Of a stretch of 64,000 bases of DNA, positions 25,729 through 37,339 are shown one piece after another; position 1 is the stretch's first letter, and every line of letters starts with the position of its first letter. A program made the position numbers and the translations under genes. The stretch covers positions 47,945 through 111,944 of the forward strand of contig CAZXCC010000001.1 in NCBI GenBank assembly GCA_964638945.1. The letters are read 5' to 3'. Below the pieces are notes generated by a model, which saw nothing but the letters and a program-made list of their open reading frames with translations, searched no databases and was not told the origin of the DNA. Origin of the DNA: an uncultured Veillonellaceae bacterium. Its GTDB lineage: Bacteria > Bacillota > Negativicutes > UBA1444.

Positions 25729-28719
25729 TTGAAGTATGTTCAGAGAAGTACTCTGGAAAAGCGGGGAAGGATTTTGAAGAAATTTGTTGATTTGAAGGCG
25801 CGTTTTTCGGGAGTCCATGACCTGATCAAATTCAGGGTTACGGAAATACTATTGATATCTACTGCATATGACGGTTTTGTCCTCGAGGAGGACGGGCAGC
25901 TCACAGAACAGATTTATCATCAGTTCAACGATCTCAGCATTCCGTACATACCCAGGATTCATCGGGTGTCAAACAAGGACGAGGCACTGACCGAACTGCT
26001 GACAAGGCAGATCCATCTGATCATTACCATGTCCCGCATCAATGACACAGGTGCATTTGAAATTGAAACGGCCATACATGAAGCCTACCCGGAAATCCCG
26101 ATCGTGATGCTTTCTTACGATCGGCTGACACCGGAAATGATCGCCCAGATCAGGGATATTTCCTGCATCAACAGGGTATTCCACTGGTCGGGTGACAGCA
26201 AGATTCTGCTGGCCATCATAAAATACATAGAAGACCAGCAGAATGTTGAGGCGGACAGCAGGCTGGGAGTACAGGCAATCCTTTTGGTTGATGATTCTCC
26301 CATCTATTACTCGCAGATTTTGCCGATCATATATACGGAAATCCTGACACAGACGCGGTACCTGGTATTGCATGCCATGAATACCAGCCATGGCCTGCTT
26401 CGTGTTCGTCTGCGGCCGAAGATTCTTCTTGCGGAAACTTATGAAGAAGCAATGTCTATTATCAGCACTTACAGATACAATTTGCTGGGAGTAATTTCCG
26501 ATGTGAGATTTCCCAAGGATGGAGTGCTCAATCCATCCGCCGGTTTTGAACTTGCGCAAAGTGTGAGGGAAATGATCAGCGATTTTCCAGTGCTGCTCCA
26601 TTCGGAAGAGCAGGAAAACGCAGACAAAGCCAAAGCACTAAACATGCATTTTTTGAACAAAAACTCGCCTAACCTGCTGCATGATTTGCGCAACTTCATA
26701 ATGGAAAATTACGGTTTCGGCTCATTTGTGTTCAAGTATCCGGATGGCAGAATTATTGCAGAGGCGTCTGATATTACAAGCCTGGAAAGAATAATTCGTG
26801 ATCTCCCGGATGAGAGCCTGTATTATCACGCTGCCAATAATCATTTCTCACGCTGGTTCCGTGCCCGAACCGAATTTGAAGTAGCAGACAAATTGCGGCT
26901 GGTGGGTACGGAAGAACTGAGCAACATCGCGGACATCCGAACCTATATTCTAAAAGTGCTGAATGATTATTTTCAAAAGTATCAATCAGGCGTAATTCTG
27001 GATTTTGAAGGGCTAGCCAAAAAAGATATGGAGAATGCTTTCATTAAGCTTGGGACGGGTTCTTTGGGCGGAAAGGCCAGAGGAATTGCGTTTATTAATT
27101 CCATGATTGCGAAAGCCTGTCTGACGGATAAATACGAAGATATCAAAGTGAAGGTTCCCCGCTCATTCGTGATTTGCAGCGATGTTTTTGAAAAATTCAT
27201 CGAAGAGAATAACTTGTATCTCTTTTTTGCCAGCGCCCCGCGAGAGGAAGAGATTGCCCGAAAATTTACGGAAAGCGCTTTGCCGGCCACGATTCAGGAA
27301 AATCTGCGGGTTTTGACACAATATATAAAATGTCCGCTCGCAGTGCGGTCCTCAAGTATTTTGGAAGACTCACGCGTATTGCCTTTCGCTGGCATCTATA
27401 ATACCTACGTGGTTCCAAACAGTCATGAAGATCCGGAAATACGCTTTAAACAACTTTCGGACGCGGTAAAACTGGTGTATGCCTCGGTTTTTTACGCATC
27501 TCCTGTTCAATATGCAAAGAATGCGGATATTCGAATTGAAGAGGAAAAAATGGCTGTGCTGATCCAGGAACTCGTCGGAGAACGGTACGGTGACCTCTAT
27601 TATCCTGTCATTTCCGGCGTGGCCCAGTCCTATAACTTTTATCCGTATTATCCGATGAAACCGGAAGAAGGGACGGTAAGCCTGGCACTTGGACTGGGCA
27701 GGGCAATCGTTGACGGGGAACGTGTTTACAGATTTTCGCCGGATCATCCCAAACTGAACCCGCTATTTGCAAGTCCGGATGAATATATGAAAAAATCTCA
27801 AAACGCATTTTATGCCATTAATCTCAATACATCCGCCGATATCACTCTTCGGGCGGACGAAGGCTACACCTATGAAAAATTGTCCATATCCCAGGCAAAC
27901 AAAGATCAATCACTGGAATATATCGGCAGTACATATTCGATTGAAAATGACTGCATCTATGACAATATATATCAACCAGGTCCCAAACTGGTGACATTTG
28001 CTCCAATTCTCAAATATAACAGGCTGCCGCTTACGCAAATTATTAAAGATTTGCTCAGTCTGGGAAAACAATCCTTTGGTGCAAATGTTGAAATTGAATT
28101 TGCCGTCAATATTCCCAAGGATCCGAACAAGCCCAAAGAATTTAATTTCTTGCAAATCAGGCCGATGGTTGTCGGTAGAGAAGCACTTCAGGTCAATCTT
28201 GACGACAGGGAGGAAGCTCTGTGTTTCAGTTGCCGTACCATTGGCAATGGACTTCATAAAAATATCCATGACATAATTTTTGTCAATCCTGAGACGTTTA
28301 CCATACAGGACAGCGTTCAAATCGCGGATGAGATCGGTGAGCTCAACAGCATTCTGTTCAAGGAAGGGCGACGCTGCATACTCATCGGGTTTGGCCGAAT
28401 GGGAACATCGGACCGGTGGTTGGGGATTCCATTGACATGGGCGCAAATGTCTCAGGCACAAATTATCGTGGAAGTCGACCGGAAGGATTTGCGACCCGAA
28501 CCTTCGCTGGGGAGTCACTTCTTTCATAATCTGACCGCCACCAATATGGGATATTTCCACATCCAATACGACAATGAAGCGGAAGGGAAGATAGATTGGG
28601 ATTGGCTGACCAGGCAGCCGATTCTGGAGCAGACGAAACATGTGAAACTGGTTCGAAGGGAGGCGGAATTCAAGGCCAAACTGGATGGGAGAAACTTTAA
28701 AGGAATCGTGTACAAATAA
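25729..28719 (+). CDS. multidomain signalling protein: two receiver-like (REC) domains (first degenerate) then PEP synthase/pyruvate phosphate dikinase N-terminal (PPDK_N, ATP-grasp nucleotide-binding) domain; start uncertain
   Basis: ILLVDDSPIYY receiver motif; LGTGSLGGKARGIAFINSM resembles the PPDK_N ATP-binding region; C-terminal GFGRMGTSDRWLGIP resembles the phospho-His mobile-domain motif but lacks His. Confidence 0.6.
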   Translation: MKYVQRSTLEKRGRILKKFVDLKARFSGVHDLIKFRVTEILLISTAYDGFVLEEDGQLTEQIYHQFNDLSIPYIPRIHRVSNKDEALTELLTRQIHLIITMSRINDTGAFEIETAIHEAYPEIPIVMLSYDRLTPEMIAQIRDISCINRVFHWSGDSKILLAIIKYIEDQQNVEADSRLGVQAILLVDDSPIYYSQILPIIYTEILTQTRYLVLHAMNTSHGLLRVRLRPKILLAETYEEAMSIISTYRYNLLGVISDVRFPKDGVLNPSAGFELAQSVREMISDFPVLLHSEEQENADKAKALNMHFLNKNSPNLLHDLRNFIMENYGFGSFVFKYPDGRIIAEASDITSLERIIRDLPDESLYYHAANNHFSRWFRARTEFEVADKLRLVGTEELSNIADIRTYILKVLNDYFQKYQSGVILDFEGLAKKDMENAFIKLGTGSLGGKARGIAFINSMIAKACLTDKYEDIKVKVPRSFVICSDVFEKFIEENNLYLFFASAPREEEIARKFTESALPATIQENLRVLTQYIKCPLAVRSSSILEDSRVLPFAGIYNTYVVPNSHEDPEIRFKQLSDAVKLVYASVFYASPVQYAKNADIRIEEEKMAVLIQELVGERYGDLYYPVISGVAQSYNFYPYYPMKPEEGTVSLALGLGRAIVDGERVYRFSPDHPKLNPLFASPDEYMKKSQNAFYAINLNTSADITLRADEGYTYEKLSISQANKDQSLEYIGSTYSIENDCIYDNIYQPGPKLVTFAPILKYNRLPLTQIIKDLLSLGKQSFGANVEIEFAVNIPKDPNKPKEFNFLQIRPMVVGREALQVNLDDREEALCFSCRTIGNGLHKNIHDIIFVNPETFTIQDSVQIADEIGELNSILFKEGRRCILIGFGRMGTSDRWLGIPLTWAQMSQAQIIVEVDRKDLRPEPSLGSHFFHNLTATNMGYFHIQYDNEAEGKIDWDWLTRQPILEQTKHVKLVRREAEFKAKLDGRNFKGIVYK

Positions 28720-28946
28720 AGGTGCTTTTGGTGGATTCTTGAGATTACAGTTCTGAGCAAATAAAACCGAAAACCACACATTTGTTACAAAATGATAAAT
28801 AATATCAAAAATTATTCCCAAAAAATAAAATAATATTGTAATGAAACTGAAAATTTTGCTTGTATTGTGTATACAAAATTCAAAACCTGTTATACAATAA
28901 AGGGGAAGAAAATTGATGTGTAAAATGCGTCAGAAGGCGCAAATAG

Positions 28947-30320
<1,374 letters not shown>

Positions 30321-30345
30321 AATAAGTCTGTATGCGTTTGGCTTG

Positions 30346-30385
30346 AAACAAGGGGCTGTTCAGTATTGAACAGCCCCTTGTTTTC
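30346..30385 (+). terminator. rho-independent terminator of gdhA (16-bp stem AACAAGGGGCTGTTCA / TGAACAGCCCCTTGTT plus TTTT)
   Basis: read directly. Confidence 0.8.
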
Positions 30386-30439
30386 GTCGGTAAAGCGGGT
30401 GAGTTATCAACCCGCAATGGAAATTGCTCGAAGGGACTC

Positions 30440-30550
30440 TTGTCAGGTGAAATGTCGGGAGTTATAATAAGCGCAGGGCGTCAGTTTTTTGACACCATCG
30501 GAGCAAAGATGCTCGATTCTCCTATCGGAGGTCGCAGCATCTTTTTTTGA
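30440..30550 (+). ncRNA. candidate small RNA or leader/attenuator: consensus sigma-A promoter (TTGTCA, 17 nt, TATAAT at 30463-30468) and about 75 nt later a hairpin plus T7 terminator (about 30497-30548) just before the PAS sigma-54 activator gene
   Basis: promoter and terminator both read directly; no ORF between them. Confidence 0.4.
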
Positions 30551-30574
30551 TTTACTTCGCGGGGAGGGAATTTT

Positions 30575-32062
30575 GTGGATTTGGAGATGTATGATAAAAA
30601 GACTCGAGAAATTCTGACATCGGGTGATTCGGAACGATTGAAGAATTTTGCTATAGAACTGTTAGGCGGAGTGAACTTACAGCAGGTTCGATGGCAAGGT
30701 TTGCTTGATGTTTTGGAAGAGGCGGTTTGCGTGATTGACGACATGGAAAATGTCATAGGGTGGAACAGAAGAGCGGAAGCTCTTTATGGGATTTCTGCGA
30801 TGGAGATTATCGGACAGCCCATTGAAAAATTTTTTTCGAATTTGCTTTTGACACGGGCCATGAAAGACGGAAAGGTGCTGCGTGAAACCTATCATAAACC
30901 TTGTCCAGGAACCCATGTTCTGATCAATGCGCAACCGATCTATTTTCGTGGAAGAGTTGCGGGGGGGGTATCCGCCGAACGCGAAATTACGGAATTGGTA
31001 AATCTGAACCAGAAACTCTCGCAAGCCAGTCAGGAAGTCCAGACTTTGCGGGAGGAGATTGACAAGATACAAGCCAAAACTGACGAATTCTCCGCTATTT
31101 ATGGACATAGTCCCCTGATTGCCGAAGCTGTCCGTGTGGCACGACGCGTGGCAACCGCCAATGTGCCGATTCTGCTTCGCGGCGAAAGTGGAAGCGGGAA
31201 GGAACTGTTTGCCCGGGCCATCCATGATGCAAGCCATCGCAATGGAAGCTTTGTTGCCATAAACTGCGGCGCAATTCCTGCCAATTTGTTTGAAAGCGAA
31301 TTGTTCGGATATGAATCAGGAGCCTTTACCGGCGCCGACCGCAAGGGGAAATTCGGATTTTTGGAACGGTCCCACGGAGGAACGCTGTTTTTGGATGAAA
31401 TCGGTGAAATGCCGAAGGATATGCAGGTCAAATTGCTCAGAGTTTTGCAGGAACAAATTTTTTACAGAGTTGGCAGCACTAAGCCTGTTCATGTGGATTT
31501 GCGTGTCATTGCTGCGACACATCGCGACCTGGAAAGAATGATAAACCGGGGTGAATTTCGTGAAGACCTATATTACCGGATGAATGTTGTAACGATTCCA
31601 TTGCCCTCGCTGCGGGAAAGGAGGGAAGATATTCCAGAATTAGTGCACCGTGGATTGCGGTATTTTGGAAACCTTCATGCAAAAGTGATCCAACGCATCG
31701 ATCCGGCGGTTATGGCAGCGCTGCTGGATTATGAATGGCCGGGCAATGTCAGGGAATTATTCAATGTATTGGAAAGAATGGTCATTCTTTGTGATGGAGA
31801 CACGCTGAACCCGGAAAATCTTCCGATCAACCTGACGGACGAAAATAGCGCAAAAACCAAATATATGGCATTGTCAGCAGGTGGTTTGAATGCAATGACT
31901 GAAGATATGGAACGCAACCTGATCCAGCGTGTGCTTGAGGAGTCCAATAATAACAAAGCTATTGCGGCGCAAAAACTGGGAATTCCGCGAAGCACCCTTT
32001 ACTATAAAATGAATAGCTTGCGTATTGGAGTCAAGGACCTGACGCAAGTGTCGGAAAACTGA
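30575..32062 (+). CDS. sigma-54-dependent transcriptional activator with N-terminal PAS domain (RocR-like)
   Basis: GESGSGKE, GAFTGA, C-terminal HTH; GTG start after GGGAGGGA. Confidence 0.85.
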   Translation: MDLEMYDKKTREILTSGDSERLKNFAIELLGGVNLQQVRWQGLLDVLEEAVCVIDDMENVIGWNRRAEALYGISAMEIIGQPIEKFFSNLLLTRAMKDGKVLRETYHKPCPGTHVLINAQPIYFRGRVAGGVSAEREITELVNLNQKLSQASQEVQTLREEIDKIQAKTDEFSAIYGHSPLIAEAVRVARRVATANVPILLRGESGSGKELFARAIHDASHRNGSFVAINCGAIPANLFESELFGYESGAFTGADRKGKFGFLERSHGGTLFLDEIGEMPKDMQVKLLRVLQEQIFYRVGSTKPVHVDLRVIAATHRDLERMINRGEFREDLYYRMNVVTIPLPSLRERREDIPELVHRGLRYFGNLHAKVIQRIDPAVMAALLDYEWPGNVRELFNVLERMVILCDGDTLNPENLPINLTDENSAKTKYMALSAGGLNAMTEDMERNLIQRVLEESNNNKAIAAQKLGIPRSTLYYKMNSLRIGVKDLTQVSEN

Positions 32063-32110
32063 CAAAAAAAGAGGCTGTGAAAAAACAAAAACCCATCATG
32101 GATTAATGCG

Positions 32111-32148
32111 AAAACCGGCGCCGTTATAGGCTGAAGCCGGTTTTTTCA
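32111..32148 (+). terminator. rho-independent terminator after the PAS sigma-54 activator gene
   Basis: AAACCGGC...GCCGGTTTTTTCATTT. Confidence 0.65.
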
Positions 32149-32154
32149 TTTGTT

Positions 32155-32170
32155 TGGCATGGTTTGTGCA
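32155..32170 (+). promoter_or_regulatory. sigma-54 promoter TGGCAT-GGTTT-GTGCA about 30 nt upstream of the dehydrogenase operon start
   Basis: GG 32156-32157, GC 32168-32169 with canonical spacing; -12 element GTGCA has one mismatch from TTGCA. Confidence 0.55.
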
Positions 32171-32201
32171 ATTTAGTTTGAAAGGGTTGGAGGTGTGTAA
32201 G

Positions 32202-32507
32202 GTGCGTGTAAATCAACATCCCATATTGGAATTTCCGGTGCGGGAAACAGTGACGTTTTATTTTAACGGAACAGAGTTGCTGGGTTTTGCCGATGAACCC
32301 ATTGCTGCGGCGTTGCATGCGGCTGGAATTCGGACCTTGCGTCATAGCTCGCGGTATCACCGTCCGCGCGGGCTTTTCTGTGCTATCGGCAATTGCTCGT
32401 CTTGCCTGATGACCGTGGATGGTGTGCCGAACGTGCGGGTTTGCGTGGAACCGCTGCGGGCCGGCATGCGGGTGGAGACGCAGGAAGGAAAGGGACGTCT
32501 GATATGA
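32202..32507 (+). CDS. 2Fe-2S subunit (HcnA / sarcosine oxidase alpha N-terminal-like) of a multi-subunit amino acid dehydrogenase
   Basis: Cys motif CAIGNCSSCLMTVDG...VCVEP; GTG start after GGAGG. Confidence 0.6.
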   Translation: MRVNQHPILEFPVRETVTFYFNGTELLGFADEPIAAALHAAGIRTLRHSSRYHRPRGLFCAIGNCSSCLMTVDGVPNVRVCVEPLRAGMRVETQEGKGRLI

Positions 32508-33592
32508 AAGAACCGGATATCGTTGTTGTCGGCGCCGGCCCTGCCGGGTTGATGGCAGCAAAATATGCTGCAGAAATGGGCGCATCCGTTCTTCTTCTCG
32601 AAAGGTCTGCGGATTTGGGCGGTCAACTGGTGAAACAGACTCACAAGTTTTTTGGGTCCCGGGCAGAATTTGCCGGGGAACGGGGCTTTGAAATCGCTCA
32701 CAAGCTGATGGAACAGGTAACAGGACAGCCTCATATTACGGTATGGAAAAATGCAACAGCGCTCGGAGTGTATCCGGATGGAGTCATGACAGTGAAAAAG
32801 GATGAAAGGTTTCGTGTCATCAAACCTCGCAGAATCATTGTGACGACCGGAGCATCCGAGAAGACACTGTCTTTTCCCAATAACGACCTGCCTGGAATCT
32901 ACGGAGCGGGTGCAGTCCAGACCTTGATGAATGTGTATGGCGTGTTGCCTGCAAAACGGGTTGTGATGGTCGGAGCCGGAAATATCGGAGTTATAGTGGC
33001 GTATCAACTGCTGCAGGCAGGTGTGGAAGTGGCTGCAGTGATTGAAGCGGCGCCGCGGATCGGTGGCTATTGGGTACATGCGTCAAAGATCCAACGCTGC
33101 GGCGTTCCAATTTTGACCGGGCATACCATTAAACAGGCCCATGGAGAAAACCAACTGGCAGGAGTCACAATCTGCCGGCTTGACGAAAAATGGGCCATGA
33201 TACCGGGAACGGAACGATATCTGGATGTGGACGGCCTGTGTATAGCGGTGGGACTCAGTCCTCTGACTGAACTTTTGTGGCAGGCGGGATGCAAAATGGA
33301 ATTCGTGCCGGAATTGGGCGGATATGTGCCCTGGCGCGATGCGGAGTTGCGGACAACTCAGCGCAATGTTTTCGTGGCAGGTGATGTCGCAGGTGTGGAA
33401 GAAGCGTCCGCAGCGATGGTGGAAGGAAAACTGGCCGGTCTTGCAGCGGCATTTTCCCTGCACTATCAAGCTGAGAATTTTGCTGCTGAATTTCACGAAG
33501 CCAAAACCCAATTGAACTCGCTGCGGTCCGGCCCTGTTAGCGCCAAGGTTTGCAAAGGCCTGTGTAAAGTGATGTTGGGGGAGGCGGTTTGA
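32504..33592 (+). CDS. FAD/NAD(P)-binding oxidoreductase subunit (HcnB / PDH1 alpha-like)
   Basis: IVVVGAGPAGLMAAKYAAEMG dinucleotide motif and second Rossmann VVMVGAGNIG; ATGA overlap. Confidence 0.65.
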   Translation: MKEPDIVVVGAGPAGLMAAKYAAEMGASVLLLERSADLGGQLVKQTHKFFGSRAEFAGERGFEIAHKLMEQVTGQPHITVWKNATALGVYPDGVMTVKKDERFRVIKPRRIIVTTGASEKTLSFPNNDLPGIYGAGAVQTLMNVYGVLPAKRVVMVGAGNIGVIVAYQLLQAGVEVAAVIEAAPRIGGYWVHASKIQRCGVPILTGHTIKQAHGENQLAGVTICRLDEKWAMIPGTERYLDVDGLCIAVGLSPLTELLWQAGCKMEFVPELGGYVPWRDAELRTTQRNVFVAGDVAGVEEASAAMVEGKLAGLAAAFSLHYQAENFAAEFHEAKTQLNSLRSGPVSAKVCKGLCKVMLGEAV

Positions 33593-33593
33593 T

Positions 33594-34088
33594 ATGCTGG
33601 ATATAGACGGAATTCCTTCTCATTCGGACCTTGCAGCAGTCACTCCGAAGACCGATAGAATGATAGAGGGACCGGTGGCTGTAATCGAATGTTTTCAGGA
33701 AATACCCTGCAATCCTTGCGCAGATGCCTGTCCACAAGGCGCGATAGTCATTCCGGCCAATATCAGCGCCCGTCCTCAATTTGACGAATCAAAATGCAAT
33801 GGATGCGGAATCTGTGTGACGCGTTGCCCGGGACTCGCAATCTTTGTCGTAGATCTTTCCTTGGGGGAAAATGAGGCACTGCTCAAAATCCCTTTTGAAT
33901 TTTGCCCATTGCCGGAGAAGGAAGAAATGGTGGAAACCTTGGACAGAAGTGGGAAGCCCGTTGGAAAGGGTCGAGTGGTTCGTGTGCAAATCCAAGCCAA
34001 CAAGACAACCGTTCTGTGGCTGGCCGTGCCACGGCAAGAAGCGATGGTGGTGCGAAATATACGCCGCAGAAAGGAGGAGACAGAATGA
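33594..34088 (+). CDS. 4Fe-4S ferredoxin-domain subunit
   Basis: CNPCADACP and CNGCGICVTRCP motifs. Confidence 0.55.
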   Translation: MLDIDGIPSHSDLAAVTPKTDRMIEGPVAVIECFQEIPCNPCADACPQGAIVIPANISARPQFDESKCNGCGICVTRCPGLAIFVVDLSLGENEALLKIPFEFCPLPEKEEMVETLDRSGKPVGKGRVVRVQIQANKTTVLWLAVPRQEAMVVRNIRRRKEETE

Positions 34089-34360
34089 ACGACGACATCA
34101 TCATTTGCCGGTGTGAGGACATTACGTTGTCGGAAATCACAGACTGCATAGAAAATGGCGACCGTTCAACGGAAGAGGTCAAACGTTCCTGCCGCTGCGG
34201 AATGGGCCCCTGCCAGGGCCGCACATGCATGCCGCTGGTGGCTCAGGAGTTGGCAAAAGCGACAGGAAAGAATGTGGGAGAAGTCAGTCTTCCCACTTTC
34301 CGCCAGCCTGTAGCGTCGATCAAGCTGGGAGCCTTGGCCGGGGGTGACGGGGATGAGTAA
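34085..34360 (+). CDS. BFD-like [2Fe-2S]-binding small subunit
   Basis: CRCEDIT...CRCGMGPCQGRTC motif; ATG after AAAGGAGGAG, ATGA overlap with upstream gene (the ORF track shows a longer N-terminal extension from 33902). Confidence 0.55.
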   Translation: MNDDIIICRCEDITLSEITDCIENGDRSTEEVKRSCRCGMGPCQGRTCMPLVAQELAKATGKNVGEVSLPTFRQPVASIKLGALAGGDGDE

Positions 34361-35501
34361 AACTGCGGATGTAGTTGTCATTGGCGGTGGAATCATAGGC
34401 TGCTCTACGGCGTACAACTTGGCACGGCTCGGCGCCGGCAGGGTGGTGCTTGTGGAACGTGGTTATCTTGCGAGTGGGGCGACTGGACGTTGCGGCGCCG
34501 GTATGCGAATGCAATGGGGAACGGAGACCAATTGTCTGTTATCTCGTGAGAGTACCCGGATGCTGGAACAATTGCCGGAAATTCTTGATGTGGATATCGA
34601 TATAGAATTAAAACAGGGCGGATATCTGCTTTTGGCCTATACGGAAAAAATGGCCGAGCAATTCAAAAAAAACCTCGTTTTGCAGGCGAAACACGGCATC
34701 CCTTCCTACTGGGTCACACCGGCGCAGGCGAAAGAAATCGTGCCGCATCTAAACACAGAGGGATTGCTTGGCGCAACTTTTTGCCCCAAAGATGGTCACT
34801 GCAATCCTTTTAAAGCAACGGCCGCTTATGCCAAAGCCGCAAGACGGCTGGGGGTGGAGATTCTGACGCATATGGAAGTGACCGGTATCGAGGAGGAAGG
34901 CTGTCGCATTAAAGCAGTGAAAACCAATCAGGGCGAAATCGTTACACCCAAAGTAGTCGTCGCTGCCGGCGGATATACCAAACAACTCGGGCTTATGGTG
35001 GGGGCGGAAATTCCTGTTTATCCGGAGCGTCACGAGATTTTGGTGACAGAACCGGTGGAACCGATGCAGGAGTCGATGGTTATGAGTTTTCATCATAATC
35101 TATATTGCCAGCAGAGTCCACACGGCAGCTTTATCATGGGAATTGGACATCCGGATTTGCCGGAGAGTTTTGATATCCGTTCCAGTTGGCAGTTTTTGCG
35201 TGAGATGGCCGAGAGACTCATCAAAATACTGCCGCCATTGGCTGGACTGAATGTTGTGCGTCAATGGGCCGGACTATATGATATGTCGCCGGATCGTCAG
35301 CCAATACTTGGACCGGCAGGAGATGTGGAAGGATTTCATGTTGCCGCAGGGTTCAGCGGACATGGCTTTATGATCGCTCCGATCACGGGACAGATTGTCG
35401 CGGAACAACTTTTGGGACTCCCCACAACATTGCCTGTCGGCATGCTGGATGCGGGAAGGTTCCGCCGTGGAGACTTGTTTATCGAGCCATCCGTTGTATA
35501 A
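34344..35501 (+). CDS. FAD-dependent amino acid dehydrogenase/oxidase catalytic subunit (DadA/HcnC/PDH1 beta-like)
   Basis: VVVIGGGIIGCSTAYNLAR FAD motif; 385 aa. Confidence 0.7.
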   Translation: MTGMSKTADVVVIGGGIIGCSTAYNLARLGAGRVVLVERGYLASGATGRCGAGMRMQWGTETNCLLSRESTRMLEQLPEILDVDIDIELKQGGYLLLAYTEKMAEQFKKNLVLQAKHGIPSYWVTPAQAKEIVPHLNTEGLLGATFCPKDGHCNPFKATAAYAKAARRLGVEILTHMEVTGIEEEGCRIKAVKTNQGEIVTPKVVVAAGGYTKQLGLMVGAEIPVYPERHEILVTEPVEPMQESMVMSFHHNLYCQQSPHGSFIMGIGHPDLPESFDIRSSWQFLREMAERLIKILPPLAGLNVVRQWAGLYDMSPDRQPILGPAGDVEGFHVAAGFSGHGFMIAPITGQIVAEQLLGLPTTLPVGMLDAGRFRRGDLFIEPSVV

Positions 35502-35528
35502 ATAGAAAAATATAGGGGGAATAATCTT

Positions 35529-37076
35529 ATGTTGACAGAATATCGCAATGAACCGTTCACAAATTTTTCCCTGCCGGAGAACAAGGCTGCGATGGAGGCC
35601 GCACTCGCTCTGGTTGCATCGCAAAAAGGCCGTCACTACCCACTCCGGATTAACGGAGCTTCTGTGGATACGGAGGCCAAAATTACATCGGTCAACCCGT
35701 CCTGTATCAAGGAGGTCGTTGGAACGGTTGCGAGGGCAAACAGTGAACTTGCCGAAAAAGCGGTGCAGGCGGCAGTGACGGCATTCAAAAGCTGGAAACA
35801 GGTTGAGCCGGAAACACGTGCGAGGTTGTTGTTCAAAGCGGCTGCAATTTTACGCCGCCGCAAATTTGAATACTCTGCCTGGTTGGTGGCGGAGGCCGGA
35901 AAGAATTGGGCGGAAGCGGATGCTGACACAGCGGAAGCGATCGATTTCATGGAGTATTATGGGCGCGAAATGCTGCGTTATGCGGAAGGCATGACGGTGA
36001 CGTCCTATCCGGGAGAACAGAATGAGTGTTTTTATATTCCCTTGGGTGTTGGCGTCGTGATTCCGCCATGGAATTTCCCACTGGCCATTTTGGCAGGGAT
36101 GACGGCCGCTGCTGTTGTTACAGGAAATACTGTCATTATGAAACCGGCAAGCAGTACGCCGGTGATTGCCGCGAAACTTATGGAGCTGTTTGAAGAAGCC
36201 GGTGTGCCGGCAGGTGTAATAAATTACCTGCCTGGAAGTGGAGGCAGTATCGGTGACTTTCTTGTAACGCACCCACAGGTTCGTTTTATTAATTTCACCG
36301 GATCGAAGGAAGTCGGCCTGCGAATCAACAAACTTGCGGCTGATGTAGCGCCGGGACAAATCTGGATCAAACGCGTGGTTGCGGAGATGGGCGGCAAAGA
36401 TGCCATTATTGTCGACGAAGAAGCTGATCTGGAGGAGGCGGCTGCAGGCATCGTGACATCGGCTTTCGGTTTTCAGGGGCAAAAATGTTCAGCCTGTTCG
36501 CGTGCGATTGTGGTAAAAAGCGTATATGAAGAACTGGTGGCAAAAGTCGCAGCAAAGGCCAAAGCTCTTCGTGTGGGTCCGGCAGCGGAATTCGGCGTGA
36601 ATCTGGGTCCCGTTGTGGACGAAGGCGCTTATAAAAAAGTGCTTGAATATATTGAAATTGGCAAGAAAGAAGCCCGTCTGGTTGCTGGCGGAAACAAAGC
36701 GGGTGAGGAGGGGTGGTTCATTGAACCGACGGTGTTTGCAGATGCAGCGGCAAAGTCACGAATTGCGCAGGAAGAAATTTTTGGTCCGGTTGTTGCAATC
36801 ATTCCTGCCGATGATTTCGACGACGCACTGGATATTGCAAATGGTACGGAATATGGACTTACCGGCGCAGTCTACTCGAAAAATCGCGCAAAATTGGAGA
36901 AGGCCCGCCGTGAATTTCATGTCGGAAACCTCTATCTGAACCGGAAATGCACGGGAGCATTGGTTGGAGTACAGCCGTTTGGTGGATTCAACATGTCGGG
37001 TACAGATTCCAAAGCCGGTGGTGCAGATTATTTGCTTTTATTCCTTCAAGCGAAAGCAGTGGCGGAAAAATTGTAA
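35529..37076 (+). CDS. rocA: L-glutamate gamma-semialdehyde (1-pyrroline-5-carboxylate) dehydrogenase
   Basis: 515 aa aldehyde dehydrogenase with RocA/PutC-type N-terminus [10 protein letters not shown] and catalytic EMGGK / Cys region. Confidence 0.8.
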   Translation: MLTEYRNEPFTNFSLPENKAAMEAALALVASQKGRHYPLRINGASVDTEAKITSVNPSCIKEVVGTVARANSELAEKAVQAAVTAFKSWKQVEPETRARLLFKAAAILRRRKFEYSAWLVAEAGKNWAEADADTAEAIDFMEYYGREMLRYAEGMTVTSYPGEQNECFYIPLGVGVVIPPWNFPLAILAGMTAAAVVTGNTVIMKPASSTPVIAAKLMELFEEAGVPAGVINYLPGSGGSIGDFLVTHPQVRFINFTGSKEVGLRINKLAADVAPGQIWIKRVVAEMGGKDAIIVDEEADLEEAAAGIVTSAFGFQGQKCSACSRAIVVKSVYEELVAKVAAKAKALRVGPAAEFGVNLGPVVDEGAYKKVLEYIEIGKKEARLVAGGNKAGEEGWFIEPTVFADAAAKSRIAQEEIFGPVVAIIPADDFDDALDIANGTEYGLTGAVYSKNRAKLEKARREFHVGNLYLNRKCTGALVGVQPFGGFNMSGTDSKAGGADYLLLFLQAKAVAEKL

Positions 37077-37094
37077 ATAATTTAAGAAAAACCC

Positions 37095-37123
37095 TTGAAA
37101 AAATAAATATCGAGTATTATAAT
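37095..37123 (+). promoter_or_regulatory. consensus sigma-A promoter TTGAAA - 17 nt - TATAAT driving a 216-nt untranslated leader ahead of the LivJ-like binding protein gene
   Basis: read directly. Confidence 0.55.
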
Positions 37124-37339
37124 CATCATCAAGACCTCTTGTAGTGGACAGATGGCTATAATTTCTCGAAAAGCAAAGAAGCTTTTTGGCTCAATACCGC
37201 CCTGGTATTTTGTCGAAAAGTTTCTTTTTTTCTTCAGCCAACTGCGGATTTGCGCAAATAGATGCGCTAAGTTGTATGAACTGAAGGGAGGCAGAAGTTT
37301 AGTCGTTTCGGGTATTTTAAAGTTTGAAAAAAGATTATT

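Noticed and set aside
37124-37339. T-box or known riboswitch in the 216-nt leader before the LivJ-like gene
   Set aside because: No T-box consensus (AATTAGGGTGGNACCGCG) or other recognisable riboswitch core found by eye; left as unclassified leader.
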